This document shows positions 1 to 9,235 of a stretch of DNA of 64,000 nt, one piece after another. A program made the position numbers and the translations under genes. Position 1 is the stretch's first letter. The number at the start of each line of letters is the position of its first letter. Under the pieces are notes generated by a model, which made no database searches, had not been told where the DNA came from, and saw nothing but the letters and a program-made list of their open reading frames with translations. Origin of the DNA: Candidatus Latescibacterota bacterium (GTDB lineage: Bacteria > Latescibacterota > UBA2968); assembly GCA_965205975.1 (NCBI GenBank), contig OZ242195.1, positions 4,544,001 to 4,608,000 on the forward strand, written 5' to 3'.

Positions 1-3
1 GCG

Positions 4-1911
4 TTGGGGCTTCTGATTTCTTGTCTGGCGAGTGCATGGGTGACGTATTCCCGCACGGCTGCAAATACTTCCGCAGTTAATATTACGCATCTTCCGGTTT
101 CCATTTTTGCGATTTTTTTGTGCGTTTTTATTGTCAATACACTTCTGAAGATTCGGTTCGACAGGCAGGGTCTGGCTTCTCGAGAATTAGCTGTTATTTT
201 CGCGATGGGGCTGATTGGTGCGATTATTCCCGCGCGTGGGTTGACCGGTGTCTGGCTGGGGCTGATGGCCGCGCCTTATTATCTGGCTACGCCGGAGAAT
301 GGGTGGATTGACAATGTTCAGCCCTTTCTTCCGCCTTATCTCTTTCCTTCCAATGATCACCAGCAGACGACGTTTTTGTACGAGGGGCTACCATCTGGGG
401 TGCCCATTCCGTGGGAGGTGTGGGTCGGGCCGATTTTCTGGTGGATTACGCTGATTTTGGCCGGGTTTGTGGTGTGTTTCTGCCTGGTGGTTATTCTTCG
501 CAAGCAATGGGTTGAGAGCGAGCGCCTGGATTATCCTTTGCTCGCGCCTATTCTCGAGATGGTTGCGGAGACGCGCGATTCTTTGGGACGAAGCGGCTGG
601 CCGGTCCTTTTTCGGGGGTATCTCTTCTGGATTGGTTTTGGGCTGGCGTTTGGGATTATCGGGTGGAATATTATTACTTATTTTTATACGACGGTGCCCC
701 GCATTAGCATGAGTCCTAATGGCGGGCTTTTTTATTTTGCACGCCTTTTTCCGCCGTTGCTGACTCATATTAATACTTATACGATTGGCTTTGGATATTT
801 TGTGAATCTGGAAATTCTTTTTTCGATCTGGTTTTTCCACTTTTTGTTGATGGGCGAGATTGCGCTTATCCGGAAGACGGGCTTTCAGTTTGGGCGCATG
901 CACCAGAAGGGCGGCGGATGGGGAGATCCCCTGGTGCAGTGGCAGTGTATGGGCGCGCTTTTTGTGTTTGTGGCATGGGGACTCTGGACTGCGCGGCGGC
1001 ACTTGAAGGCGGTTTTCAGGAAGGCGTGGCATAATGATCCCGATGTGGATGATGCGGATGAGCTTCTTTCTTACCGCACGGCTGTGAGTGGCTTGGTTGT
1101 CGGCGTTGCCTATATCATAGCCTATCTTTTGAAGGCGGGGGTCGCGCCGGGGCTTTTGATGATTACGATACCGGCGGCGATTGTTATTTATATTGCGCTT
1201 GCCCGTTTTGTGTGCGAGTCGGGTACGCTGTACCTGGGTATTCCCACGACGCCTCTGGATATGGGTTTTCAACTGATCGGTACGGTTACGATTGATCCGA
1301 GGACGATTGCCGTGGGTTCTACGGCTCACGCGTTGCGCTGGATGCTGTTTATGCCGGCGCTGTCGCAGAATGCCAAAGTTTTTGACCGCGTGCCGGGCAA
1401 TAAGCGCGCGCTTTTTTGGGTGTTGCTTTTGGGGTTGGGCGGTGCGCTGGTGGTCAATATTTCGATGGTGCTCTATCTGGGCTATACACACGGGGCGTAC
1501 AATTTTACGGAGTATCCGTTTACCCGGTACGCGCCCCGGCTGTACGACGCGATTGTCACGAAGATCAAATCGCCCGAGCCGGCTTCATGGGAGCGGATGG
1601 TGCTGTTCGGCTTTGGAGGCTTCATTTTTGCGATTCTCACGGCGCTTCGGTACCGCCTGCCCTGGTGGCCCATCCATCCCGTGGGTTTTATTATTACGAC
1701 GACGAGTATTCTCCACGAGATTACATCTCTTATTATTGTCTGGCTGTTCAAAGCTATCGTTATCCGGGTGGGCGGTGTGTCTCTTTATGAAAAATACCGC
1801 CCGCTCTTTTTCGGGATTATTGCGGGCAGGGCGACAGGGGTGCTGGTTTCGTTTGTCGTGGATTTGATCTGGTTCCCCGGGGGTGGGCACGGGGTACACG
1901 GTTGGGCGTGA
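4..1911 (+). CDS. Polytopic membrane protein, DUF6785/DUF6784-type (putative transporter); 5' end may lie outside the window
   Basis: 635-aa ORF with many TM helices. Motifs ILRKQWVESERLDYPL, WWPIHPVGF and GGVSLYEKYRPLFFG are typical of this family as I recall it. Confidence 0.7.
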   Translation: MGLLISCLASAWVTYSRTAANTSAVNITHLPVSIFAIFLCVFIVNTLLKIRFDRQGLASRELAVIFAMGLIGAIIPARGLTGVWLGLMAAPYYLATPENGWIDNVQPFLPPYLFPSNDHQQTTFLYEGLPSGVPIPWEVWVGPIFWWITLILAGFVVCFCLVVILRKQWVESERLDYPLLAPILEMVAETRDSLGRSGWPVLFRGYLFWIGFGLAFGIIGWNIITYFYTTVPRISMSPNGGLFYFARLFPPLLTHINTYTIGFGYFVNLEILFSIWFFHFLLMGEIALIRKTGFQFGRMHQKGGGWGDPLVQWQCMGALFVFVAWGLWTARRHLKAVFRKAWHNDPDVDDADELLSYRTAVSGLVVGVAYIIAYLLKAGVAPGLLMITIPAAIVIYIALARFVCESGTLYLGIPTTPLDMGFQLIGTVTIDPRTIAVGSTAHALRWMLFMPALSQNAKVFDRVPGNKRALFWVLLLGLGGALVVNISMVLYLGYTHGAYNFTEYPFTRYAPRLYDAIVTKIKSPEPASWERMVLFGFGGFIFAILTALRYRLPWWPIHPVGFIITTTSILHEITSLIIVWLFKAIVIRVGGVSLYEKYRPLFFGIIAGRATGVLVSFVVDLIWFPGGGHGVHGWA

Positions 1912-3321
1912 GGGGAAGTGTGAAGTGGGAGTATCCATCGCCATTCAGGTCCATATCCGCATTAAATCCATCATCACCTTCGGAGAGACCAAACACATCC
2001 ACAAAAAGTAAGAAATCTGCTACATTGACCACACCATCATCATTAAAGTCTGCGATCAGACGGACAGTCATAGAAAAACTGCCAGTTCCTGTCCTGCCGT
2101 GATCATCGGTCACAGTGACAGTAAGCGTGAAAGAGCCTCTCTGTGTGGGGGTGCCAGTGATTTGTCCACTGCTCGAATTGATAGACAGACCAGCACCCGT
2201 GGCAGGATTGCTGGACATGGAATAGGCATAAGGCGTTTGTCCGCCTGATGCTGAGACTTGAATAGGGGTAATGGGACTGTTGGTCTGCACAGCACTGATT
2301 TCGACGGATATATCGTCTATTGTCGAGACGCTCACACGCGGTCTGACGCGCATAGTGAAATAGCGACTTTCCTGTGTGGGGGGAGCACGACCAACGATAG
2401 CATTTCGCACTGCGACTGTGATCCTGAAGTCGCTACTCACTGTGGGTGTGCCAGTGATGCGGCCATTCGAATCAATAGAAAGACCAGAACCTATGGGTGG
2501 GTTGTGCGCTGGGAGAGGGGCATTCGCTGGGGGAGGGGTGCTCCCTATCCAATACGTATAGGATCCGCTACCCCCCGATGCTTTTACCTGTATGGTGTCA
2601 ATTGCCACATTCTGAGTGGCTATCACATCCGCTATTGCCGCGATCTCTATGGGCCGAGTAGCCGCAGAAACAGACAGATTAAACGTTGTCGATGCCTCAC
2701 CACCTACAGCATCCCGCACGGTCACTGTAATGTCAGAGTTACCAGCCGCTGTGGGTGTGCCTGTGATGAGAGCCGTGTTTTGATTTTGATTCAGGACGAT
2801 ACCCGAAGGCAAGTCAGATGTGGAATAGGTATAAGGTGTCCACCCTCCTGATGCCGTCACCGATATATCTGTAATTGCCCCATTTTGAGTGGCTGTCACA
2901 CCCGCTATTGATGCGATTGTAAGGGATGTGTTATAAGTATTGCTCAACAATGTCATATCCGTCAACATCTGCGTCCCTTGCAAATCCAGGCCAACCACTG
3001 CGTATTGAATTGTACAATGGCTCATGGTCAAATCGCCATAATTCCTGATGCCATACCAGTCTCCTGCCGCAGGCGTTGAACTGTCGGAACGAAATACAAC
3101 GGGCTGCGAGCTTGTTCCATTGGCGTTTATCTCTCCGTAGTTGATAATATCGATGTGATTTGCATCTTTCATGCCGTGAATATCTCGATTGGGAGCGGCT
3201 CTGATCACCGTGCCAGCGTCAATTGTCAAGGTCGCGCCAGGATAGACCACAATATCACCAATCAGATTTATTGTACCGCTCCAGCTAACGTCTTGCACAA
3301 TTGGGAATTGTTGGAACTCGG
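1817..3321 (-). pseudogene. 3' fragment of IS-split surface protein: beta-helix-like segment, 3 putative-Ig (He_PIG) repeats, truncated dockerin/EF-hand-like repeat
   Basis: Repeats SGGxxPYxY...ITGTPT and motif ADFNDDGVVNVADFLLFVDVFG. It joins in frame to the 4691-5250 fragment once IS 3327-4690 and one TATAA copy are removed. Confidence 0.85.
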
Positions 3322-3326
3322 TATAA

Positions 3327-4690
3327 CAATACTGTGAACAAAAAAAGATAGAAGTTTTGACAAAAAAGTGCCGTTCACGCAGATTTAAGGTGTCTTAAAC
3401 GCCCAAGTCAAAGATACCCCACATCTGGAGAGACGGCACAATGGAACTGGCAATAAAGATACTCAATCGCATAAAAATATCCAAACCGCAAAAGAAATTT
3501 CTGTTGACCCTTTTTACAACGATTCTCGTCACACGCGGGAAGATCAACTTTCGCAATATGAGTCGGTATAGTGATTTGTGTGAGCATACCTATTCTCGCA
3601 ACTTTGCTAAGCCATTTGACTTTATCCGATTTAATCGGCAGGTGATTGATGAAACCTTTGGAGAAGAAAGTGACCGCATCCTGGCCTTTGATCCCAGTTT
3701 CATCAAAAAAGCAGGTAAGCATACCTTCTCACGCGATGCGTTTTGGAACGGATGTGCTTCAAAGGCACAAAAAGGGTTAGAAATTTCAGCGTTAGCCGTC
3801 GTAGATATAAAAAAGCATACGGCACTGACCTTGTCTGTCGAACAGACCCTCTCGCAAGAAGAAGCCAAAAGAAAGGGTCAAGAGGCTCATGGTAAGGACA
3901 AAGATGTGCATACGACAAGAATGCAACAATATCTTGACCATATCGGCAAGGTGGCACCCCATTTGGCTGCGTGTGAACACTATATCGTCGTGGATGGCAG
4001 CTTTGCCAATGCCGATTTTATTGACGGCATCACCGCCTTGAACAAGGATATTGTAGGCAAACTGCGATGTGATGCCAACTGTCGCTATTTATACAAAGGA
4101 CCCAAAAGACCAGGCAGAGGACGACAGAAAACTTATGATGGCAAGGTCAATTGGCAAGACCTGTCCCGATTTGACTTTGTAGGCCAAGAGGATGACCTGA
4201 CCCTTTATAGCGGGCTGCTCAACCATATCTCATTTAACCGCAATCTCAAAGTCGTTGTCCTGCTCAAACAAGCAGAAGGCGAAACACCCTGCTATGTGAT
4301 TCTCTTTTCTACAGATGAGACACTCGATGCTTGGCAGGTCTATCGCTATTACAAAGCACGCTTCCAAATAGAGTTTCTCTTCCGCGATGCCAAACAGTTT
4401 ACAGGTCTGGCCGATTCTCAAGCACGGGATCAGGCACGCCTCGACTTTCATTTTAATGCGTCTTTGACCACCTTAAATTTGGCCAAATCTGAATGCCTCA
4501 ACGCGAAAAAGAAGGACGGCGTGCATCGCTTCTCTATGGGCAGTGTGAAAATCAGGGCATTCAATCAACATTATCTCAATCGAATTATTCGCATCTTCGG
4601 GTTGGAGCACACTTGCATCAAAAAACGACCTGAATATCAATCCCTTAAGGATTATGGCGCACGCGCCGCTTAAAACTGTTCACAGTATTG
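3327..4690 (+). mobile_element. Insertion sequence, probably IS701 family (ISAba11-like)
   Basis: Perfect 14-bp TIR CAATACTGTGAACA (3327-3340) / TGTTCACAGTATTG (4677-4690). 5-bp TSD TATAA at 3322-3326 and 4691-4695. Single DDE transposase. Confidence 0.92.
3441..4673 (+). CDS. DDE transposase (IS701/IS4-like)
   Basis: 410 aa with ILAFDPSFIKK, YIVVDGSF and a YREK-like motif YKARFQIEFLFRDAKQ. It lies inside the TIRs. Confidence 0.93.
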   Translation: MELAIKILNRIKISKPQKKFLLTLFTTILVTRGKINFRNMSRYSDLCEHTYSRNFAKPFDFIRFNRQVIDETFGEESDRILAFDPSFIKKAGKHTFSRDAFWNGCASKAQKGLEISALAVVDIKKHTALTLSVEQTLSQEEAKRKGQEAHGKDKDVHTTRMQQYLDHIGKVAPHLAACEHYIVVDGSFANADFIDGITALNKDIVGKLRCDANCRYLYKGPKRPGRGRQKTYDGKVNWQDLSRFDFVGQEDDLTLYSGLLNHISFNRNLKVVVLLKQAEGETPCYVILFSTDETLDAWQVYRYYKARFQIEFLFRDAKQFTGLADSQARDQARLDFHFNASLTTLNLAKSECLNAKKKDGVHRFSMGSVKIRAFNQHYLNRIIRIFGLEHTCIKKRPEYQSLKDYGARAA

Positions 4691-5250
4691 TATAAGGAAC
4701 ATTAACCTTATCATAACCACTCGCTCCCCAACTGCCCCAACCACTATGAAATGGTCCATCAGCAGCATAATTAATTCCAATGCTTGGGATGGTTACAGTT
4801 CCCCATACTGCTTCTGTACCTAACCAACTCATTTCTGGTGACAAACCCTTATTGGGTTGATCTGGATCTGGATTGGGTAAAAGTATTAAATCATAAGATT
4901 CTGCAACATCGGGTGTGTCCTCAACATTGGTGCTCAGGACAACGCCACTCTTTGTCAGGTCTTCATCAACACCGAATTTACCAGCACTGGTATAATTGCC
5001 TCCTGTGGGAAACGAGCCATGGGAACCTGCTCCTACATATACAACTGGATGCGTTTCGCCTTCAGCCGGTGCAAAATTTATTCGAGGATTGAAAATTCTT
5101 TCACCCTTGCTGGTATAATTCATACCTTTGCCATGAAATTTGTAGTCGATTCCAACGAGTTCTGCGTCATTTGGATCATAAGATGTTACGCGAACATTAA
5201 CGTGCGGCCAATCCCCTTCGTGGTCATTTTCCCAATCATTAAAGGGATAA
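4691..5250 (-). pseudogene. Middle fragment of IS-split surface protein (Vps62-related/NPP1-like domain)
   Basis: Reads YPFNDWENDHEGDWPHV...THPVVYVGAGSHGSFP, in frame with both flanking fragments after IS removal. Confidence 0.8.
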
Positions 5251-5258
5251 AAGTAATA

Positions 5259-6306
5259 ACGTGATGTGTGACTTTAAATAGACAAAAAGAGGTTCCTCGG
5301 CTATCTTGGATTGTCCATAAAACAAGAAGCCATACAACGAAAGGAACCTCCGATGTATAATTTAGCCCTTTTTGTCATTGCAATCTACTGTTTTATTGAA
5401 GACGACCTCTATCCAGCGTATTGTGAGGTGCATGGCAAGCCGCGTCGGGCAGGCTTTGACCCCGGTTTAAGTGATGTGGAATGCCTCACCATAGAAATTG
5501 TGGGTCACTTTTTGGGGTATTCAAGCCAGAAGAAACTTTATGAGCAGATGAAAGAACATTTTTCTTGCTGGTTTCCCACTTTGAAAGATCGTCCGGCCTT
5601 TGTGCGTCAATGTGCCAATTTGTGGGTTGTCAAGATGTGGATGCAACAGCGGATTGTGGCCTGCCTCGAAGGGCATCAGGCGTCCTGTCAGATCATAGAC
5701 ACCTTGCCCTTACCCATCTGTAAACTGGCAAGGCGACACACGCGCAAGATTTTTAAAACAGAGCCTGTCTTTGAGTTCCCTACCCCTTCAAAAGGCTTCT
5801 GTGCTGCTAAAAACGAAGCCTATTTTGGTTTTAAGGGCGGTCTGAGGATCACGGATTATGGCCTTATCCTCCACGCACCCATCCTGCAAGCCTATGGACA
5901 CGACAAGCAGTGCCGAGACGCACTCATAGAAGGCACAATGGGAGATACAACCGTCTTAGCCGATTCAGCATTTATGGATTTGGACTGGCAAAAAAGGTGC
6001 TTTGATACCTACCGCATACGCATAAAGACACCCTTAAAGTCCAATATGAAAGACAATCCACAACGCACCCCTTTCATTTTGCCCAAAGCCAAGAGAACCA
6101 CAAGGCGATTAGTCGAAACCGTTTACGCACAATTGACTGAACGTTTGCATATTGCGCGCATGAAAGTGCGAGATGCTTGGCATCTATTAAACTTGTGGCA
6201 TACCAAAATCTTAACCCATACCATGTGTGTCTTTCTAAATATCATCAATTACAGAGACCCGCTGGATTTTGACGGCCTCGTAACATTTTGAAGTCACACA
6301 TCGCGT
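5259..6306 (+). mobile_element. Insertion sequence, IS982 family
   Basis: TIRs ACGTGATGTGTGACTTTAAA (from 5259) and ACGCGATGTGTGACTTCAAA (reverse complement, ending 6306), 18/20 identical. 8-bp TSD AAGTAATA at 5251-5258 and 6307-6314. Confidence 0.93.
5353..6291 (+). CDS. IS982-family transposase
   Basis: Motifs LSDVECLTIE, IIDTLPLPIC, YFGFKG, VLADSAF, RRLVETVYAQL. ATG at 5353 follows AAGGA. Confidence 0.92.
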   Translation: MYNLALFVIAIYCFIEDDLYPAYCEVHGKPRRAGFDPGLSDVECLTIEIVGHFLGYSSQKKLYEQMKEHFSCWFPTLKDRPAFVRQCANLWVVKMWMQQRIVACLEGHQASCQIIDTLPLPICKLARRHTRKIFKTEPVFEFPTPSKGFCAAKNEAYFGFKGGLRITDYGLILHAPILQAYGHDKQCRDALIEGTMGDTTVLADSAFMDLDWQKRCFDTYRIRIKTPLKSNMKDNPQRTPFILPKAKRTTRRLVETVYAQLTERLHIARMKVRDAWHLLNLWHTKILTHTMCVFLNIINYRDPLDFDGLVTF

Positions 6307-7529
6307 AAGTAATAATACTGTATGACGACTTGACCGCCTTCTTCAAAAATATGCACGTATGCTGTATGGGGAAAATTTGGATGATCCCCACGCTTAGGAT
6401 GAGTAGTGCTATTATAGTAATCATACCAGCTATCTTTACCCTCACTCTCATCATCCCTGTCCCCGTTACCAGGATATTCAAAATGTGCCGACACAAGATA
6501 TGTTTCCAACACCGCCCCCTGTCCAGGATGGCGTCCCAAATACCATAAAGCTGCAGGTAAGGAAGCAAAGTTATTCTCAGAAAAATTAATATCAGGATGT
6601 TGAGTCTGGTAAAAACTAAGTAAATCAGGAATCCATCCTGACGCTGGATATTTAGAATCGATACCAATACCTTCTCCTGTATTATCCCCAAAATGGAACC
6701 AAAGATTAGAAACAGACTCTGCACCCATGATCTCTACAGGCTCAGGGAAGATCACTTTGCGGCCTGGTTGCGTTAGATTTTTTGTCAAAATCAAAATCGG
6801 AGAAAATAGTTTGGCAAGTTGTAGTGAATAAACGCTCATATTGAAACTGCGTTCCGCAGTATTGCCGTGGTCATCGGTCACGGTCACGGTAATTGTGGAA
6901 GTTCCACCCTGTGAGGGGCTGCCTGTGATGCGATTGTCACTTGATAGAGAAATACCTGAAGGTGCGCCGGATATGGAATACGTATAGGGATCCCAACCTC
7001 CGGTTGCTGATAGATGAATCGGGGTAATTGATTTGTCCTGTTCGACGGTTTTATACGCTATTGACAAGACATTCAGTGCTGGGCGTATTGTTATGTCCAG
7101 GTTGTGACTCGCACTCTGGCCTCCGTTATCCTGCACAACGACTCTTACTTCGAAAATCCCAGGCTCTGTGGGTGTACCTGTGAGGGTTCCCGATTGATTA
7201 ATCTCCAGACCATCAGGTGCGCCGTTTTCGTCTATGGTATATGTATAGGGTGATTGGCCCCCAGATACGCTTATTTGAGGGATCTGAAGGGGATCAGATG
7301 TTAATGAGGTCCAGATGGAACTGTCTTCTGTGCCCTGTATATCTTCAGGCCATGTTACTGTCATTGGCGATAATGATGGTGTGGTACTGGCCTCATTGGA
7401 TTCTGTGCTTTCGCCTTGTGCGTTTACCGCACGTACCTTGTAGGTGTAGGTAGTGCCGTTGGTCAGGTTGGTGATGGTATAGCTGTTGGCGTTGGTCTGA
7501 TCTTCGGCACTTATTTCTGTATGAGTCAT
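6307..7529 (-). pseudogene. 5' fragment of IS-split surface protein: partial FN3, 2 putative-Ig (He_PIG) repeats, start of Vps62/NPP1-like domain
   Basis: FN3-type ITNLTNGTTYTYKVRAVNAQGES and He_PIG-type SGGQSPYTY...LTGTPT. ATG at 7529 after GAAAGG. Interrupted at the IS982 TSD. Confidence 0.8.
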
Positions 7530-7912
7530 TTTTGCCTTTCCTTTCATGAAAGATTGAAGATGGAATTTGAGGTACGCCATGAGATAGACGAGGCCGTGAT
7601 CAATAGTTTCATGGCGCAAAAAGCGTGCCAAAAAACGTTCCAGCATAAAAAAAAGCACTTGAATGTAGTCAAGTGCTTGAAAAACAAAGGGATAAAATTT
7701 GAGAATTATTTGTGTTGCAAATGTGACAATCACTTATAAGTGTAAACAAAAGGATACATTTATAAGTGCTTATTTAAGGAAAATATAAATAACTGATTGA
7801 TTTATATAAATATATATGAAGTGTAACGCCGGGATACACCTGTTTTGCGTTTATTTTGTCTCTTTCGGTGGGGTGATGAGAAGATTGAAGTCATTGTTGC
7901 GTTTTTTCACAC

Positions 7913-7946
7913 AAAAGCCCCGTTTGACTTTTGTCAGACGGGGCTT
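7913..7946 (-). terminator. Intrinsic terminator of the H1-like gene
   Basis: Stem AAGCCCCGTTTGAC / GTCAGACGGGGCTT with a T-run on the minus strand, 20 bp past the stop at 7966. Confidence 0.7.
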
Positions 7947-7965
7947 CAAGATTGGCGGGTATATT

Positions 7966-9099
7966 TCATGCATTTTTCAAGGCATTTACCGCTTCTATCA
8001 ATCGCCGGTCGGCTTTATAGCGCAATTCTAAGATCGCGTCTATATCCGCCAGTGCGTTGGACTCGGCCTGTAGTCGGCACACGTCAATGCGGTCTGATAG
8101 GGCATTCATCACCACGTCGAGCAACATCAAATCTGTGACATCGTCGGCTACCATACACTCATCGGCCAGAACTTTGCGGATCATTTCTAGGGGCTTTTTG
8201 AGCCTCTCGGCGTCCGGGATGGATTCACTATTTCCATTGTTGACCAGTTCGGGCGATAAACTGCCGAGAAAGCCTTCGCTGATGAATTGCCGCGTTTTGT
8301 CTTCGGTCCAGGATTGCGCCAAAATTTGTGTCAATTTGTTCGATGGTTGATCGGGTTTCTGGCTGCGACTGCGATCGCTTGTGCGCTTTGAAGGCCGCTG
8401 TTTGTTCTGATTGCTCTGATTGCGTCCTTTAGGTGGGCGAGACACTTTGCGCGTGTCTTTTTGGCGAGGCTCATTGCGGGTATCTTCTTTTTTTGGTTCA
8501 TTCCGCTGGGCCTGAGCAGGTGTTTCGGTTCGTGTTTGCGGTGGTGCTTGAACGGTTTTTTCTTCTGTGTTCGCGTCTTGCTGTCGGGCGGGTTGAACAG
8601 GTGTGCTTACACCGGCGCGATCTTCCCAGCCAATTGGTGCAGACCGCCTTGTTCGACGTCCCCATTGCATTTCTTCAGTCTGTACATTCTCTGGGGTCTC
8701 TTGAGGTGTTTGCGCGGCTTCTACAGCTTTTTGATCTCGATCAACAGCGGTCTTTTCCTTTTCCCTGCGCCGTCTGGATGGCGGCGATGAGATCACCGTG
8801 CGCTCTTCCTGTGCGGCGGGCATTTCAGCCTTTTTCGCAGGTTTTTTGGCTTTCTGCGCAGGTTTTTTGGCTGATTGCTTTTTGGCTGTTTTTTTAGATG
8901 GCTGCTTTTTCGCAGGCTTTTTGGACGACCGCTTTTTTGATACACGCGGTGTAGAAGATCTGGTGCTCGTTTTCTTAGCTGGCTTTTTGGCTGTTTTTTT
9001 AGTTGCCTGCTTTTTGGACGGGCGTTTTGCTTTTTTTGCTGTGGATGTTGCGCCTTCAGTTTCCCGAGGTTCATCGGCCTGTGGTTTCGTTTTTGCCAT
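7966..9099 (-). CDS. Hypothetical protein: Lys/Ala-rich histone-H1-like disordered N-terminus plus helical C-terminal domain
   Basis: 377 aa with repeated KKPAKK/KKTAKK. RBS GAAAGGA upstream and terminator downstream. Confidence 0.75.
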   Translation of the reverse strand: MAKTKPQADEPRETEGATSTAKKAKRPSKKQATKKTAKKPAKKTSTRSSTPRVSKKRSSKKPAKKQPSKKTAKKQSAKKPAQKAKKPAKKAEMPAAQEERTVISSPPSRRRREKEKTAVDRDQKAVEAAQTPQETPENVQTEEMQWGRRTRRSAPIGWEDRAGVSTPVQPARQQDANTEEKTVQAPPQTRTETPAQAQRNEPKKEDTRNEPRQKDTRKVSRPPKGRNQSNQNKQRPSKRTSDRSRSQKPDQPSNKLTQILAQSWTEDKTRQFISEGFLGSLSPELVNNGNSESIPDAERLKKPLEMIRKVLADECMVADDVTDLMLLDVVMNALSDRIDVCRLQAESNALADIDAILELRYKADRRLIEAVNALKNA

Positions 9100-9173
9100 A
9101 ATATCCTTTCGTCAAATTTGGTTTAAGTCTTTGCATAATATAGATAAAATTGCCCACAAATTCAACCAAACAC

Positions 9174-9204
9174 AAAAAAAAGGCTGACCATTGGTCAGCC
9201 CTTT
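9174..9204 (-). terminator. Intrinsic terminator of groESL
   Basis: Inverted repeat GGCTGACCA-T-TGGTCAGCC (9182-9200) followed by a T8 run on the minus strand. Confidence 0.75.
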
Positions 9205-9235
9205 GTGGAGGTTGAGCATATTTTGACAATCCGAT

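Noticed and set aside
388..1491. Long antisense ORFs (also 62832-63953, 44274-45044, 17277-18047)
   Set aside because: Shadow frames of well-supported genes, with no family motifs.
3327..6306. Composite transposon formed by the two IS elements
   Set aside because: They belong to different IS families and each has its own TSD, so these are two independent insertions.
7530..7733. N-terminal extensions in the ORF track (also secA, nqrA, nqrF, nqrC, ROK, AAA, SLC13)
   Set aside because: Downstream starts have better RBSs or stop-start overlaps and match family N-termini. The extensions overlap other genes or AT-rich promoter DNA.
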